DNA from: Monocercomonoides exilis PA203
Taxonomy: Eukaryota > Protista > Preaxostyla
Assembly: GCA_001643675.2 (NCBI GenBank)
Contig: LSRY02000019.1
Location: 62,001-126,000, forward strand
Direction of reading: 5' to 3'
Length of the DNA stretch: 64,000 nt
The notes beneath the pieces were generated by a model. It saw nothing but the letters and a program-made list of their open reading frames with translations. It did no database searches and was not told the origin of the DNA. The translations under genes and the position numbers were made by a program. Shown piece by piece: positions 1 through 11,500 of the stretch; the stretch's first letter is position 1, and the number at the start of each line of letters is the position of its first letter.

Positions 1-3000
1 CCTCATCAAATGAAAATGGCTCACAAATTGAGACATCCTTATTCTTCCCTTCAAAGTGGAGTGACACTGCCTTCAAAATAGTCGAACATGGAGACGCTTC
101 ATATCCGCACATCGAAAAATCATGGCCCAAAGATCCTCCCACAAACGCTGGAGCTGAAAAGTTGTTCCACAGATACACCACCAGCGGGATGGCAAATGTT
201 TCATTCAGCGTTGATCTCTCAAATCCATTCAATTTTGTGAAATCATTCAAATCAACTCCAAAGCTGATCGATTCTCTGTTAATCACACTCGAAAGATCAT
301 GTGCGTTGATGAAGATTTCTTTCCCCTCTCTGGCATCACATTCAGAAAATGAAACATCCCTCAAAACGAATGACTGCGCTCCTTCAGCCAGATGAAGATA
401 AATCCCTCCTCCATATCCGCACTCTCCATCTGCCGTTTGTGTTGCCTTGCAGCTCTCAAGTTGCAACAAATTACTTTCATCATTTGAAGTTTTTGTTCTC
501 AGAAGGGAAGTATCTGTGATGTTTCCCACAGTGAATGATGATCCTTCATTCATCAAAACCCACAACCCTCCTCCATTTCCTCCATTGCTCTCACACCCGC
601 ACATTGTTCCTCCAACAATTTCAAGAGAACAATCTCTCCCAAGTGTGCATTCCACTGCTCCTCCATCTCCTCCATCCCCTTTGAATCCACTCATCGTATT
701 GTTCAACAATTTCACTGACTTGGCTGAACTTGTGGAAATCACTCTTATTGATCCTGATGGCAAATCTGCTGGCGATGCTGCTTTCACTGAAAGTGTTGAA
801 TCCTCTATTGTGATGGATGCTCCATCAGCAACTCCAAATAAGACACTCTGTGTTTCAGAGTTAATATCCTCAACACTCATGGAAGTGAATGTGCCATAAA
901 CACCACTTCCAACAAGGCTAATCAATGGATGATTCCCAATGGACAAAGACAACGCAGAAAACGATGAAACGGACACCTCACCTGCTGACACGGACAAAAA
1001 CACATAAGATAACGCCGACTGGGAATTTTGCAAAGAAAGTGAGCAATCTTCAAGCGAAAAGAATTGTGAGGAAGAAAAGAAGAACACTTCGTGATTTTGG
1101 AGAGCAGAAGGAACAGAGAAAGTTAGTGAACTGATATTTGCATTTGCACTGACTGTTATCATGCTTTCTCCACTTCCATCAGAATCGTCAATCACTTTCC
1201 ATCCGCTGTTTTCATCTTTTCCCCTGATTGTGTGTTTGAATGAGTCGAATATCAATTCATTTTTCACTTCAATCATCCCATCAACAACAATCTTCTTTTC
1301 CTCTTCTTGCCTCGTCAAACAATGCCTCAGACTCAGGCAGGGAAACTCAGCAAATCCACAAAGAGAATGGTCAAATGCATCAATACTGCTCACATAAATC
1401 TCATCTGGCAAAGGAATCAGATAAGCACCCAAAGGAATTGGCGTTGAGTCATCGCCTTTATCGAATCCTCGAATTTCATCCAGCAATGGATTCGAAGCTG
1501 TTAATGAAGTGATCTTCCCACTTCTTGCTGCTGATTCCAAATTCGGAGAATCAATGAAAATATCATTTCCCCACTTGGCTCTGTTTCCTTCAAATGCTGA
1601 TGAAATATGAAAGTTGGCATTTGTTTCTCTCACTTTCAGCCCAATTCCCCCTCCTCTGCCTTGAGTGGTTGAGGCATAACAGTTCTTCGCAATTCCTCCT
1701 TTCACATTCAATGAACCCCCGCTTCCCACTGCAACCATCATACCCCCTCCAAACTCAGAGTCTTCACTTCCGCAGCCATCAATGGTGCATTCTTCAAGGG
1801 TTATTGAATGTGACCCTTCACCCACACTCATCAGCGATGATCCGGTTGTTGTTCTCACAATATTGCTGAATGTGCAGTTGCCCAGGGTCAATGTTGCAGA
1901 CGATTCTTGAGGCACAGATATCAAACTTGTGGTGCTGAATGTTTGGACCCATTTCACATCTTTCATCTTCAACTCTCCTCCTTCCACCTTCACAAGTGAT
2001 CTTTGAATACTCTTTTCTTCTGAATGAGCTGCATCCATTGATATGTCCATTCTCTTCACATTCATCAATCCACTTCCTCTCACTTCAAACAACCTGCATT
2101 GTCTGTTGTTTTCAAATGAAGAATTGTGAATCACAGATAGATCGCTCACAACCAATTTCCCTGTTCCAACACAAAACAGACCCAGCCTGTTTGCCTCAAA
2201 CTTTGTTTCAATTGATGATCCAGATACTGAAGCGCCATTCACAGAAATCGTTTTTTCTCCAATATCAACTCCTTTTCCTTCCACAACTTTCCCAGAAAGC
2301 ACCTTGATTTCCTCCACAAACCCCACAATCATTTGGGAAAGGCAATGGCTGATTGTGAGGCACGCACAGCTTTCATTCAATCCGCAGCTGAATGTGTCTT
2401 TTGCATTCTCTTGACTCTCCTTCGAAGCAACAAATCTGCTTCTTCCTCCTTCATTCGGCAGCCATTCACTTTTGTCACCATCAGCATAATATCTGACTCC
2501 TTCTGTTCGTGTTGAATAACAGAAAACAACCTGGATATCTGTATCGTTATCGCAAACACATATATCATTTCCATTCGGAGCTGTGTTATTGTGGAAAAAG
2601 CAAAACCACAAAAGATTTCCATAGTGTCCATCAGCATGAATACTTACGCCTCCTCCGCGTAAATCCGAATGGCATCCTTGAAAGAGGCAGTTGTGAGAAA
2701 CAACTTTGTCCACTCCATGCCAATGAGCAAACCCTCCGCCATCGGAGCTTGTTGGGGAGTGAACGCTGCAATTTTGGAAAAAGCAATTCAAAACACAATC
2801 TTTTGTTTTTGTAGTTTTTGAACTCCAAATTCCAAGTCCTCCAGCATCATTCCCAGTCCATCCATCTTTAAACAAACAATTCTCAAAAAATACTTGAGTT
2901 GTAATTTCATAATTCTCAACGCCTGCCCCTCCATAGTCAACTGACGAGACGCAATAACACTCAACAAATGTGGAATGCTTAACAGTGCATTCCGCAATTT

Positions 3001-3916
3001 TCAAAGCATATATCCCCCCTCCTCTAGTGGAAGTCGCATTGCATTTCACAAAAGACGAATTCTCAACAGTCAGCGTCGCATTTGAATTGTCATGCACATA
3101 CAGCGCTCCTCCACAAGGCGCAGAGCATTCATTCCATTCAGCGTTCGTGAACTCAATTGTTTCTGTTGTTGAATTTCTTTCTGTATTCCTCACTTTCCGA
3201 TTCACTCTTTCATTCTGAACAAATGTGCAATTGTTGCAGTTGAATGAACCAGATCCTTCTGTTCCGCTCGCTATCCCTCCCTCAAGCACATTCATCGATC
3301 GTTCAACATCACAATCCTCCATTTTGCTTCTCTTCATCATCCACTCTTTCTCAATTGGCATCTCCTCTATTTCAATAATTTTCATTGTGATATTCGCAAA
3401 TCGACAGTTTTGAATGCATTCAAAGCCTCCTGCACCCTCTCTCAGAATGCTGCCTCCACTCCCACAAAATACAACATTCTCAAACTCACTGTTTCTCACA
3501 AACAACGAAGACAAACCTCCTCCTTCCATCCTCACCACGCTCCCCATCATTCCACATTCCTCACCATTCCCAACACCCAAAGTCGTGTTTATCAGCCAGC
3601 ATGTTCCTCCATTCCTCACAAAATGACCATTCCACTCGTTCTTTCTCACAAACACACTCCCCTCAACCAGCAGTAATGATCCTGCTCTTATTTCAATCAT
3701 CACACAATTATCTGGCTTTTCAAGCAATATCCCTTTCATTTCAACTGACGAGTTGTGCATTTTGCAGAACATCCGAACAACACTTCCCTTCTCCAAAATA
3801 CCACTCTTCTCCACGCCAGGAACACAGAAAGCATCATATCCATTATTCCGTTTATCGTTTTTGTCTTTGTCGCAAACAGCCGAGAGCAAAGACACAAGAA
3901 AAGCAAAAAGAATCAT
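1..3916 (-). CDS. Large secreted/surface protein with parallel beta-helix-like (pectin-lyase/Pmp-like GGA[ILV]) repeats; 3' end lies outside the window
   Basis: ATG at 3916 gives MILFAFLVSLLSAVC (signal peptide-like), then repeats such as NAEWNECSAPCGGALYV and SSFVKCNATSTRGGGIY. It is absent from the ORF track, consistent with no stop before position 1. The + strand shadow ORFs at 162, 447, 1161, 2970 and 3225 share one frame. Confidence 0.8.
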   Translation of the reverse strand, partial: MILFAFLVSLLSAVCDKDKNDKRNNGYDAFCVPGVEKSGILEKGSVVRMFCKMHNSSVEMKGILLEKPDNCVMIEIRAGSLLLVEGSVFVRKNEWNGHFVRNGGTCWLINTTLGVGNGEECGMMGSVVRMEGGGLSSLFVRNSEFENVVFCGSGGSILREGAGGFECIQNCRFANITMKIIEIEEMPIEKEWMMKRSKMEDCDVERSMNVLEGGIASGTEGSGSFNCNNCTFVQNERVNRKVRNTERNSTTETIEFTNAEWNECSAPCGGALYVHDNSNATLTVENSSFVKCNATSTRGGGIYALKIAECTVKHSTFVECYCVSSVDYGGAGVENYEITTQVFFENCLFKDGWTGNDAGGLGIWSSKTTKTKDCVLNCFFQNCSVHSPTSSDGGGFAHWHGVDKVVSHNCLFQGCHSDLRGGGVSIHADGHYGNLLWFCFFHNNTAPNGNDICVCDNDTDIQVVFCYSTRTEGVRYYADGDKSEWLPNEGGRSRFVASKESQENAKDTFSCGLNESCACLTISHCLSQMIVGFVEEIKVLSGKVVEGKGVDIGEKTISVNGASVSGSSIETKFEANRLGLFCVGTGKLVVSDLSVIHNSSFENNRQCRLFEVRGSGLMNVKRMDISMDAAHSEEKSIQRSLVKVEGGELKMKDVKWVQTFSTTSLISVPQESSATLTLGNCTFSNIVRTTTGSSLMSVGEGSHSITLEECTIDGCGSEDSEFGGGMMVAVGSGGSLNVKGGIAKNCYASTTQGRGGGIGLKVRETNANFHISSAFEGNRAKWGNDIFIDSPNLESAARSGKITSLTASNPLLDEIRGFDKGDDSTPIPLGAYLIPLPDEIYVSSIDAFDHSLCGFAEFPCLSLRHCLTRQEEEKKIVVDGMIEVKNELIFDSFKHTIRGKDENSGWKVIDDSDGSGESMITVSANANISSLTFSVPSALQNHEVFFFSSSQFFSLEDCSLSLQNSQSALSYVFLSVSAGEVSVSSFSALSLSIGNHPLISLVGSGVYGTFTSMSVEDINSETQSVLFGVADGASITIEDSTLSVKAASPADLPSGSIRVISTSSAKSVKLLNNTMSGFKGDGGDGGAVECTLGRDCSLEIVGGTMCGCESNGGNGGGLWVLMNEGSSFTVGNITDTSLLRTKTSNDESNLLQLESCKATQTADGECGYGGGIYLHLAEGAQSFVLRDVSFSECDAREGKEIFINAHDLSSVINRESISFGVDLNDFTKLNGFERSTLNETFAIPLVVYLWNNFSAPAFVGGSLGHDFSMCGYEASPCSTILKAVSLHFEGKNKDVSICEPFSFDE

Positions 3917-4828
3917 TGCTCCAAAGATGATTATGGGTTTTATGAACCCATATTTTTATGATATCCCATTAACAAACCAAACTTCAAAAACTATAATTTC
4001 CTTCACTGCTTCCATTTTTGAAATTCAATTCTCTGTCTTGTTTTCCATTTTTCAGATTCATTCTATTTTTATTAATTTCAAGAAACTGCCATCTTCAGCA
4101 AATTCTATGGTTGGTCTTTATTTTTCTGATTCATGTCTTCCCCATCTTTTTTGCTTGAATGAAATTTCTCATCCCCTCAGCTCTTTTTTCGTGATAAGGC
4201 ATTTTCATAGAATTGTTCATTTTCATTCTGAATCTCAATGTTTTCTTCCTTTGATTTCATCGTCTCCTGAAAATGCAAATGGAGAAAAAATATCTAAAAA
4301 AAAATGGAGAAAAAATATCAATCAAAAGAAAAAAGTGAAAATACAAATTCCAAAAAATTAATCTGAATTCTATTAATTTCTGCATTGTTGCTTTTGCTTC
4401 ATTCATTGGCATTGCTTCAAACCTTAATCACACTTCCAAATTCGCCTTTTTCAGTTGCTCTTTCCATGGGAAATCTTTTTTTCCTGTTGCACAAAAGATA
4501 AATTGATTTTTGCAGAAATGTTCTCTCAATTTTCTCTTTTCCTGTTTTTCAACATTTGCCATCTCTTTCAATCCTATTCTTGCTCTCTTCAATTTTGTAT
4601 CAACTTATTTTTGTAATCTTCCTCTTTGATCTCTTTATTTTTATCAATCAATTTTTGCGTTTTCCTGATTTTTCAGATTGACCGTCAATGTTTTAATCAA
4701 CCTCATTTAATGAGAATTCTCCGAATTCATTACGATGTTAATTTTCTTTTACGAATAATTCTTCCTGCCGCTTCAAAGACTTCTCGATTCATCCTCTTTA
4801 ATTTATTCTGCAAATTATCCATCGCTTT

Positions 4829-4829
<1 letters not shown>

Positions 4830-4876
<47 letters not shown>
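4830..4876. repeat. Poly(T) tract (47 nt); other long homopolymers at ~5644-5681 and ~18422-18457 (poly-A)
   Basis: Read directly from the sequence. Confidence 0.9.
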
Positions 4877-4879
<3 letters not shown>

Positions 4880-5641
4880 TTGTTGAGATTTGAGTTCACA
4901 ACTGTGTGAGGTGAAATATTTGTGAGTTTCTGCTTTTAACAGCCAAAATAATCCATTCATTGATTACTGAAAAAAACATCTTTGAATGCAAATCACAAAA
5001 TATTTCAAAAAAGAAAACCTCAAGCCTCCAATTCCTTTGGCATTTCCGTTGTTTTAGTTCTGGGGTCTGTTTTCCATTCGCATTCCAAGTCTTGCATAAA
5101 AATCATTTCTTTTGCATTTTCAAGTTGATTTCAGCCTTTCTGAGTTAAATGAATTTTGTTTTTTTAAAAAAGCTATTGATAAAGAAAGCAATATTGCTAA
5201 ATAAGATTATTTTTCTCTTGCATCGCTTGGAATGGACTTGAGTGAATCATTTTTTGAAAACAAGCCATTAAGTTATTGATATCATAAGGCTTTGGTATAA
5301 AAGTGGAGGTTCTGCAAAATTACAAATTATCAAGCATGAATGAAAATGTATAAAGCCAGCTTTGTAACATCTGCCTTCAAAATGGGTCATTTTCTGTTGG
5401 CATCAATAACTGAAACAAACTTTTAAATCGAATTCAGTCACGTGAAAATGAAAAATAAATGATTGTTTGCGCAAGCTCCATTTTGAAACATTCCTTTGCA
5501 AATTCATTAAACAAGGAAAATGAAAATGATATAATGCTGGAAAAATGATATTATTATGGGGCAATTGTGTGTTCAAGAAAAAATGATTTAAAAATATTTA
5601 AATAAAACGTTTTAAATATTTGTAAATAAATAAATAAATAA

Positions 5642-5684
<43 letters not shown>

Positions 5685-6120
5685 TGGTAAAAAAGATTCA
5701 ATAATACGATTCTCTATTTATTCTTTGTAATATATCAAATAATAAATGATTGAAAGGACAAACATTAAAACTAGCAAACAAATAATAATCTCTTGAAAAT
5801 TCTTGAAAAATGTAAAAGAAATTCTCAGACGGATAATTCAGTGGAATGTTGATTATAAAAATTCAAAAAAAGTTTACAATAATGCAAGCAATGGTAGTTT
5901 AAAAAAAAAAGGAAACGTATGCATAGTAATGATATGTTAACATTTCGATGAATTCCACTAAGATTAATGCAAAAAACTTTTCAAAAAATAGTCTTTTTGA
6001 GCAGGAAAAACCAATCAAATAAAATCATATCATTTTTGATTGGATCTGGATTTACTCATCGCTGTATCAATTTTGATTCTAAGAGTCGGTATATAAACAT
6101 TCAATACAAAAAACATTTTC

Positions 6121-8399
6121 TCATTTTTCGTTTGTTGCAGTAACGATAATTCCTGATGGAATTGATACAACAAGAATCGGAGGTATTTCAAGTTGGTCAA
6201 TAAGTTCAATATGCTCTGATAAATTCCTCAAATTATCCTCCTGCTCATCAAACAACGAATCTTCACTTTCATTTGTGCTGTTTGATTCATCCTCTTCTGA
6301 ACTATCATTTTCGTCATTTTCATTATGCTCCTCAGCATTCTCTCGAATATTTCTTCTTCTGTGATGTTCCTGGTGCTCATGCACAATCTCGTCTCGCCCT
6401 TGTTCCGGTGTCAGTTCGCCCATTAGCATCAGTATGTGCAAGAGTGGATTGATCTCTCTCATCTCATGCTGCTCTCTTTCCCTCTCGTTTTCTCCCGCAT
6501 TGTTTCTGTTCCTTCTCCGATTCCTTCCGTTCTGCGTGGCAAAGTCACCAAATAGCAGCCCGTTTTGCAATCCAGCAGCAGGAGAATTCGTGTCTGTCTG
6601 CCTTTCTATGTCAATGTCAATCTCATCCACAAGTGCTCTTCTCTCTCTTTGCGTTAGTCTTCTTTGCTGACGACCCTGGTGCCTCCTCTCTGTTGTATTT
6701 CTGGTTCTACCATTTTCATCCCCTTCGTCATCGTTGCCTTCTTGCTCACCGTGAATCTCATCCAAATCTTCTTCTAAGCCTAACAATTCCTCAAAGTGTA
6801 CTGCTTCTTCCACTCTTCTTTCTTCCTCTTGTGAAAGCACTCTCAAATATAGTCCGTTCTTTTTCGCCCTAAAGCTGATTCTGTTCATGAAAGTAACGTG
6901 GTTAAGGTCAATCCCTTGGAACAGGTTTGTTTCGCCTCTTTCCCCGCCATGCTGATTAGCATTAGCATTAAAAATTGCGGCTCGTCTCCTTCGCTCAGCA
7001 ATTGCATTTCTCAGCTCTGTTTCTCCAGCCTTTCCAAATGAAATGATGTCGAAGAAAATCGAGCAAAGCACAATTGTTGTCAAGTCTCCAAAGTCGTCCA
7101 TAATAAGTGTAATGAATCCGAGTGGTTGTGGAAGTGCAATGAAGAATATAAGATATATGCACCGAACGGCTGCATACACAATAAACACAAACTGAAGCCT
7201 GGAAAAGAATGTTAGCCGATTGCGGAAAGGAAGGGAGAAACTCATTGGGTGAAGTGGAGAAAGAAGAAGTTGATTCTGCAACGCAGTTTTGTTTGTCTTC
7301 ACGTTGGAGAACCAGTGATATGTAAGAAGAAATAAAATGATTATAAGAGCAATAAATGTCATTTTGTCGTAGAATATCATCATCATTCGAAAACCCATCG
7401 ACGCAAGAGATACAATCACAATTGCAGCCCATGATGTCTTTTGGGTTTTTCTGTGTGTAACAGATGATCCCAGAGCCCCAAGCCATAGGAATACAATTGG
7501 AATTACACATCCAATTGATGTTACAATCTCTAACAATATGCGGAACCATAATGGTCGTTCACGTCGGTAAAGCGGAATCGTATCAATGCTCAATGCACGT
7601 AATAATGAAGAGATGACATGCACGATGCACATGCATATTTGCGTCCAATGCAATATGCATCCAACTTCAAGTGAATGAAAAAAAATCACACGAATAAGAC
7701 TATAAACTGTCAACAACGCCCAAATCCCTGTTGATGCATAATAATAAATAGGAAGCGGAATTTCGTAAGAAGGGATATGCACGCTGCCAGGATTAAGAAA
7801 AGATCCACTCACAGACACCCTTCCGGAACGAAGTTCGCAATTTGACAAAGCAATTGTGTACTGATTGTTATCTGGAATAGGAAGGTGATAGTTGCCAGAA
7901 GATTTTATGTCCAATAAAGATAATTTTTGTTTATATTTGGGCTCCTTTTTATTTAAAAATGGAATTTCAATGAAAAAACAATATAAATGTAAATGTCAAA
8001 CTTGGAGGTCTCTCATAAACACAATGCATTCTTTTGTTCCATCTCGCACGTGGTGATCCATTTTTTCGAACTGTACAGTGGGCATAGAAAAAAGTGTCAA
8101 TTTCTGATTCTTATTTCTTTATACAAAAATATAACTTTCAAAATAAATAATATCTGGCAAACTGCATATCTACATGTATTTCGACAAAACCCCCTATTTA
8201 ATAAGAAAAGAGTACATTTGTTTTATCCAAATAAAAAGCAGATACAATTGTTATAAATTATTTAGGATAAAAATAAACCTCTTAAAAAACTAAAGTTACC
8301 AATAACATATAATCTAGACGAAACTGACCAACTACGTTTAAATTCTAATGAATAGCATTGTCTCAAAATTAAAAATGCTGAAACAAAGAAATACAGCAT
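6121..8399 (-). CDS. GPR107/GPR108/TMEM87-like (Lung 7-TM/GOST family) seven-transmembrane protein, 4 exons
   Basis: Spliced N-terminus MLYFFVSAFLILRQCYS...GNFSFLRGGFVEIHV joins the 597-aa ORF through three GT-AG introns. NPGSVHIPSYEIPLPIYY resembles the family motif NP.gyLsagEiPLp.lY. About 7 hydrophobic segments follow, then a charged tail. Confidence 0.75.
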
Positions 8400-8561
8400 C
8401 GGTAAAACGAAAACAGAAATATTAAAAATACTATGGGAATATGAAGAATGGAATCATTATTCTTTTCAAAAATGAATGGAAGAGATCGATAAATTCTCTA
8501 AGATAATGAAGAACTTAAAAATGACAAACAAAAATTTTATATGGTTTAGAGATCATATAAC

Positions 8562-11500
8562 ATGGATTCTTCGATAATAAAGGCATTTATTGAGATGCTA
8601 AAAGCATCAAAATTGCAACCAGATCTACAGCCTTCGCATTACATTAATTTTTGGTCATTGATGAAAAATACCACAAATGCTGCAATTGTTCTTCAATCAT
8701 TGATACAAAAAGCGTGTGGAGTTCAATCTGACCAAGTTGAACAGTATCTGGCGAATGTTAAAGCGAAAAAAAAGCCACCAGAACGTGAAAAAGTCGAAGG
8801 CATGATATTTCAGTTCGTTTATAAAAAAATAAAAGAGAAAAATATGAAATGTTTTTCAAATTATTTTTCAGAAACAAAAATAGCAGCTTATTTGAATAGT
8901 GCATTTTATCTTTCGTTATTTTGCGACTGCCCCCCAACAAATGTTGAAGTTACAGAATCAATCAACCTTTGGTAAATGTTTTTTTGTTTGGTTTTCTGGG
9001 TTATATTGTTTTCCATTTTTAGGAAAGTAACAATTGGAACTTCAATGGAAGAGAAAACCGCTCATGGAGAACAGCTTGCATTTGTGTGGAGATTGTGCTT
9101 CTAGTGATATTTATAGATTTATGTTTTCAATTTTTCTTTTCAGTTCCATAAGGTTCTGACAACCTCAGGGCAAACAAGAGAAAACGTAATTTCAAGATTA
9201 TTTGACATACTTGTTTACATTCCCCTTCATAACTCTAACGCGCTTACAAGCAGTCTACGTCTCACCACACATTTTTCAAACCATCGTATGAGGAAAAAAA
9301 TGATGTTTTGATATTTTGAGATTTAATTTCTTTTCTTTAAAAATATTTAATGTCAGACATTGTCCTTCTTGTGATGATTTATTTGCTGCGTTGCACGAAT
9401 TTCCGGAGTTTTGGAGGGGATGCGTTTGGTGGTGATGCCCAACTGAACCTGTCAGTCATGAAAAAGAGTGAGGCTCCCCAAGCAGAGTCTTCAAGCACAG
9501 AAAGCGGAAAGCCACAGCAGTCACATGCACACGAGCCGATCGAAAGCGAACTGGCATTTTCAAAGCCGAAGTGGATTTCGGAGGCGTCGGACGTGATGGA
9601 AGGGTGGATGGCGTCGTCGTCTTCGCCGCTTTTTGACTCGCCGTTCTACAAAGAGTGGCAGAGGAGAGACATCCTGGCAGAGGAGCAGCGGAAGAAGGCG
9701 AAAAAGAAGAAGGAAGAGCAGCGTGGGAAGGAAGAGAAAGCAGCAGGCGAAGGCGACGAAAAACGAGAGGCAGATTCTGCGAGTGTTGGGGCTGAGGGAA
9801 AAGGCAGTGTCAATGAAGGAGCTAATATTGCCAGCACTTCTCTTTCTACCAGTGCTTCAGGTTCTGCGGGTTCTGATGCAAATGATACAGACACACAGAA
9901 CAATGCTGAAGCTAATAAGGAAGAGATGGGCGAAGCAAAAGAAGCCACTCAAACTGATATCAAAACAGACTCACAGCTCAATTCATCTGCTGAATCAACA
10001 GAGAAAGCTGCGGAAACAGACAAAGAATCATCTTCAGCTGTATCAGAGCAGACGAACTGTTCGACTGATACTTCAATTTCATCGTCTCAAGAACAGTCTC
10101 AGAGTGGAGAATCAACAGCTGCTCAGCAACCTTCTTCATCTGCTGAACAAAAAAGTGCAGAATCAGAAACATCTTCAAGCCATTCTTCCTCTTCCAACGA
10201 CGAAAACACGAAAAAAAGTGATAGCTCCGAATCCAAACTGGAGCAAGAAGCAGAATCGCAGTCGTCCACAGACAAAGACACATCAGATCAGAATGTTCCA
10301 CCGCCGTGCTACACAACTCTTTCTTCTCTTCCTCCACACGCAAGTGCTCAGCCGTCCATTTCACTCCTCCGCAAAGTGGTGTGGCAGAAGATGCAGCTGT
10401 CGTCCCGCCTGCTGCAGCACATCTCTGACCTCTTCCTCCTCCCCAACATCTCCGAGCGCATCCTCTCTCTCTGCCTCTCTCTCCGCCACCTGCTCCTCAC
10501 CCGCTGCCCAGCTGCTGACCCCATCTCCCTCCTCTCTCTGGCTGTGCACTTGAGGCCGTTTGTGCTGCAACCGCATCCTGTTGGTGGAGTGGCAAGGGAC
10601 ACATTGACGGTGGTGCAGGAGGAGCTGTGTGTGACAGGGATGACAGCGATGAAGGCGAAGTACACTGCACTCTGCGACGAAGAGGAGAGAGTGAGGAGAA
10701 TCGCAGGGAAAGAACAGAGTGGAGGAGGAAGAGGAGAAGGAGAAGGAAGAGAAGGGAGAAGAAGAAGAGCAAGCTCAGCAGATAGAAATAGCAGAGACAC
10801 AGAAGTGACTAAGCTGAGCCGCAGCAACAGCAAAAGCAGCTGCAACAGTCTGAATCAGCCACAAATGACAGAGAATCCAACAGAATCGCAAAATGAGCTT
10901 ATTCTTCGTGAGAGCATTCCAACAGACATCCGCCCGACCATTCCAGTTGTGACATCTGACTTTGCTCTGCAGCATCCGATGGCATCTCTTGTGCTCACAC
11001 AGTCAACACGCTCTGTGCACCACCACAAGAGACAGAATAATAATAGTAATAGTTATAATAATAGGACAAGTGCAGAGGGAAAGGGTAACACACAGGAGAG
11101 TAATCTTTCTGCTGTTAATTCACCTGTGGGAAAGAGGATTGCTTCTGGCAGTTATTCTCCAATTGTGTCATCAATATCATCATCATATTCATCATCATCA
11201 TATTCATCATCATCATATTCTTCTTCTTCTCTTTCATCCACCACTCCTCCTTCGATAGTCCCTCCTCGCCCACCAATTGAAGTGCTTGTCTCATCCTTCC
11301 TGGCTGACATCATCAACTGCTACATCCCCCTCAACTTCCCTTCTCCTGCTGCTGTCTCTGCTATGAATCCGACTTCTTCATCTGAATCTTCTGAGTCTTC
11401 TGACACATCTTCTTCTTTTTCCTCTTCTTCCTCTTCCTCCTCTTCTGATTCGTCTGGTTCTGCTTCTGATTCTTCTTCTGATTCTTCTTCCGATACTTCT

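Noticed and set aside
162-4361. Numerous short + strand ORFs
   Set aside because: Mostly antisense shadows of the long minus-strand gene at 1-3916, with no independent coding signal.
4000-5560. Coding-like minus-strand fragments (e.g. NAKEMIFMQDLECEWKTDPRTK)
   Set aside because: Frequent stops and no consistent splice model or recognisable domain; possibly a decayed gene or repeat, but not supportable as a feature.
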